Of a stretch of DNA of 34,233 bases, positions 33,268 to 34,233 are shown in pieces (within the stretch, counting starts at the first letter, position 1; every line of letters starts with the position of its first letter). Under the pieces are notes generated by a model. That model ran no database searches. It had not been told where the DNA came from and saw only the letters and a list, made by a program, of their open reading frames with translations. Source of the stretch: Thermodesulfobacteriota bacterium. GTDB lineage: Bacteria; Desulfobacterota; GWC2-55-46; JBHHVK01. The stretch is taken from positions 1 through 34,233 of the forward strand of contig JBHHVK010000001.1 in NCBI GenBank assembly GCA_046754205.1, written 5' to 3'. The translations under genes were made by a program, and so were the position numbers.

Positions 33268-33292
33268 GGGTTCAGGTTTCAAACCTGAACCC
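33268..33292. repeat. REP-like palindromic hairpin, right flank of the RAYT gene
   Basis: GGGTTCAGGTTTCAAACCTGAACCC. The arms are identical to the left copy. The flanking bases (..cgcGGG on the left, CCCgca.. on the right) show that the two copies are in inverted orientation. Confidence 0.85.
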
Positions 33293-33404
33293 GCAAGGGA
33301 TAAATCAAGGCGTTACGTTTGGTCGCCCATATAACTCATTTTATCTGAATATAACACGTTTTTTCTCGGGATGGGCAAAGAAACGGGCAAAGCTGGGGAA
33401 TGTG

Positions 33405-33461
33405 TTGACAGAGCACAAAGGTTGTGATAAAAATCCTTTACTTGGTTGGTAAAGGATTTTA
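33405..33461 (+). promoter_or_regulatory. higBA promoter with an overlapping palindromic operator
   Basis: -35 TTGACA (33405-33410), 17-nt spacer, -10 TAAAAA (33428-33433). A perfect 12-bp inverted repeat AAAATCCTTTAC-N7-GTAAAGGATTTT (33430-33460) overlaps the -10 box and the RBS. Confidence 0.6.
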
Positions 33462-33463
33462 TA

Positions 33464-33799
33464 ATGGATATAGAATTCAAAACAAACCGCCTGGCAAAGA
33501 TCTTCAACTCAGAGGACCAGCTCTATAAGGCATACGGCAAGAAGACAGGGGCAATTATAATGCGTCGCCTCATCCTCTTGTTGGCTGCTGGTACTTTAGA
33601 GGATGTCCCACATACCCCACCAACACGAAGACATCAGCTGTCAGGGGCTAGAAAAGGAGAGTATGCAATTGATGTGGGTAAGAAGGATAGACTGATCTTC
33701 AAACCAGCCCACAACCCGTTACCGCTGAAAGAGGACGGTGGGTTAGACTTAAAGAGGGTTACGAAGATTATAATCTTAGGTGTGGAGGACTATCACTAA
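33464..33799 (+). CDS. higB: HigB-type toxin (RelE/ParE superfamily, 'killer protein' family)
   Basis: The protein ends in ..IIILGVEDYH, the characteristic C-terminus of HigB-family toxins (compare Proteus HigB ..NYEDYH). Core LSGARKGEYAIDVGKKDRLIF aligns with LKGDR.G.WSI.V..NWRI.F. I prefer ATG 33464 because AAAGGA lies 7 nt upstream. The toxin-first gene order is typical of higBA. Confidence 0.8.
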   Translation: MDIEFKTNRLAKIFNSEDQLYKAYGKKTGAIIMRRLILLLAAGTLEDVPHTPPTRRHQLSGARKGEYAIDVGKKDRLIFKPAHNPLPLKEDGGLDLKRVTKIIILGVEDYH

Positions 33800-34233
33800 T
33801 GGCCCATTCAGGAGGAAATCGTTTTAAACCAGACTATGCCATTCACCCAGGAGAAATTATTGAAGAGACCCTTCAGGCTAGAGGAATAAAGCAAAGTGAT
33901 TTTGCTAAATGGTGTAGTCTGTCTGAAAAGACCGTTAGTCAAATCATCAATAAAAAGGCACCTGTTTCACCTGAAACAGCAATACAATTTGAGCGTGTAT
34001 TGGGTATTGCGGCTCATATCTGGAATAACTTAGATTCTTTTTACAATCTCCATCTGGCTCAGCAGAAGTCTCGGAAGAACCTTGAGAAGACTATCAGTTG
34101 GGCCCAACAGTTCCCTGTTAAGAAACTTGCTGACTGGAATTTTATTAGCAAGCCAGACGACAAGGTTGATGCTGTAGAACAATTGCTCAATTTTTTTGGT
34201 GTAGGCTCTGTGCATGCATGGGAAGAGCACTAT
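33799..34233 (+). CDS. higA: HigA-type antitoxin (XRE-family HTH) with an extended C-terminus; 3' end runs off the window
   Basis: Not in the ORF track because it is open-ended. Manual translation: MAHSGGNRFKPDYAIHPGEIIEETLQARGIKQSDFAKWCSLSEKTVSQIINKKAPVSPETAIQFERVLGIAAHIWNNLDSFYNL.., which follows the HigA HTH pattern (HPGE..L.E....G......A......T.S.I.N.K....P..A..L....G....W.NL). The start overlaps the higB stop (TAATG at 33797-33801). Confidence 0.8.
   Translation, partial: MAHSGGNRFKPDYAIHPGEIIEETLQARGIKQSDFAKWCSLSEKTVSQIINKKAPVSPETAIQFERVLGIAAHIWNNLDSFYNLHLAQQKSRKNLEKTISWAQQFPVKKLADWNFISKPDDKVDAVEQLLNFFGVGSVHAWEEHY

Larger units (their letters stand above)
32707..33292 (+). mobile_element. 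REP-RAYT-REP unit
   Basis: A Y1 transposase gene bracketed by two inverted copies of the same 25-nt palindrome. The surrounding DNA is visibly AT-richer than the rest of the window. Confidence 0.8.

Noticed and set aside
33258-33452. 64-aa plus-strand ORF between the RAYT gene and higB.
   Set aside because: It starts inside the right REP hairpin and runs through the higBA promoter and operator. It has no RBS and no recognisable motif.

Overview
High-GC chromosomal segment (judged by eye, not computed) from a diderm bacterium; it encodes Mla lipid trafficking and an outer-membrane barrel. Most long ORFs in the six-frame track are Arg/Pro/Gly-rich out-of-frame or antisense artefacts. I called genes from motifs, codon usage (GC3-rich, with frequent ATA, AGG and AAG), RBS placement and start/stop overlaps. 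Gene order: (1) 1-8332, minus strand: amino-acid catabolism (proline dehydrogenase, class-III aminotransferase, aldehyde dehydrogenase) interleaved with a cpgS-like P-loop protein, a PAP2-ArnT-like fusion, and an erythrin plus Cys-rich protein pair. (2) 8686-11276, minus: a translationally coupled pair of envelope membrane proteins. (3) 11410-12141, minus: a STAS-PilZ fusion, divergent from mlaF-E-D-A-C (12420-16010, plus). (4) 16511-24284, plus: an A2-type aa3 cytochrome c oxidase and haem A biogenesis operon (ctaE-sco-ctaC-ctaD-ctaA-ctaB). It ends in a 38-aa single-TM micro-ORF missing from the track, a DUF420/CtaM-like protein, and a divergent B-family-like oxidase subunit I paralog that appears to lack the CuB site. 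(5) tRNA-Gly(CCC) and a bidirectional terminator. (6) A PatB/MalY-like lyase and an orphan 147-aa protein. (7) 26533-32062, plus: OM beta-barrel, TagF-like phosphotransferase, an ABC exporter with a degenerate ATPase site, and a LicC-like cytidylyltransferase fused to a TM helix and an extracytoplasmic domain. (8) yjbQ. (9) From about 32535: a visibly AT-richer accessory island with a REP-flanked RAYT-type Y1 transposase and a higBA module that runs off the window. The best candidates for undescribed biology are the CuB-less oxidase paralog module (22339-24284), the phospho-alcohol polymer locus (26533-32062) and the STAS-PilZ/Mla pairing. No CRISPR array and no rRNA were seen.
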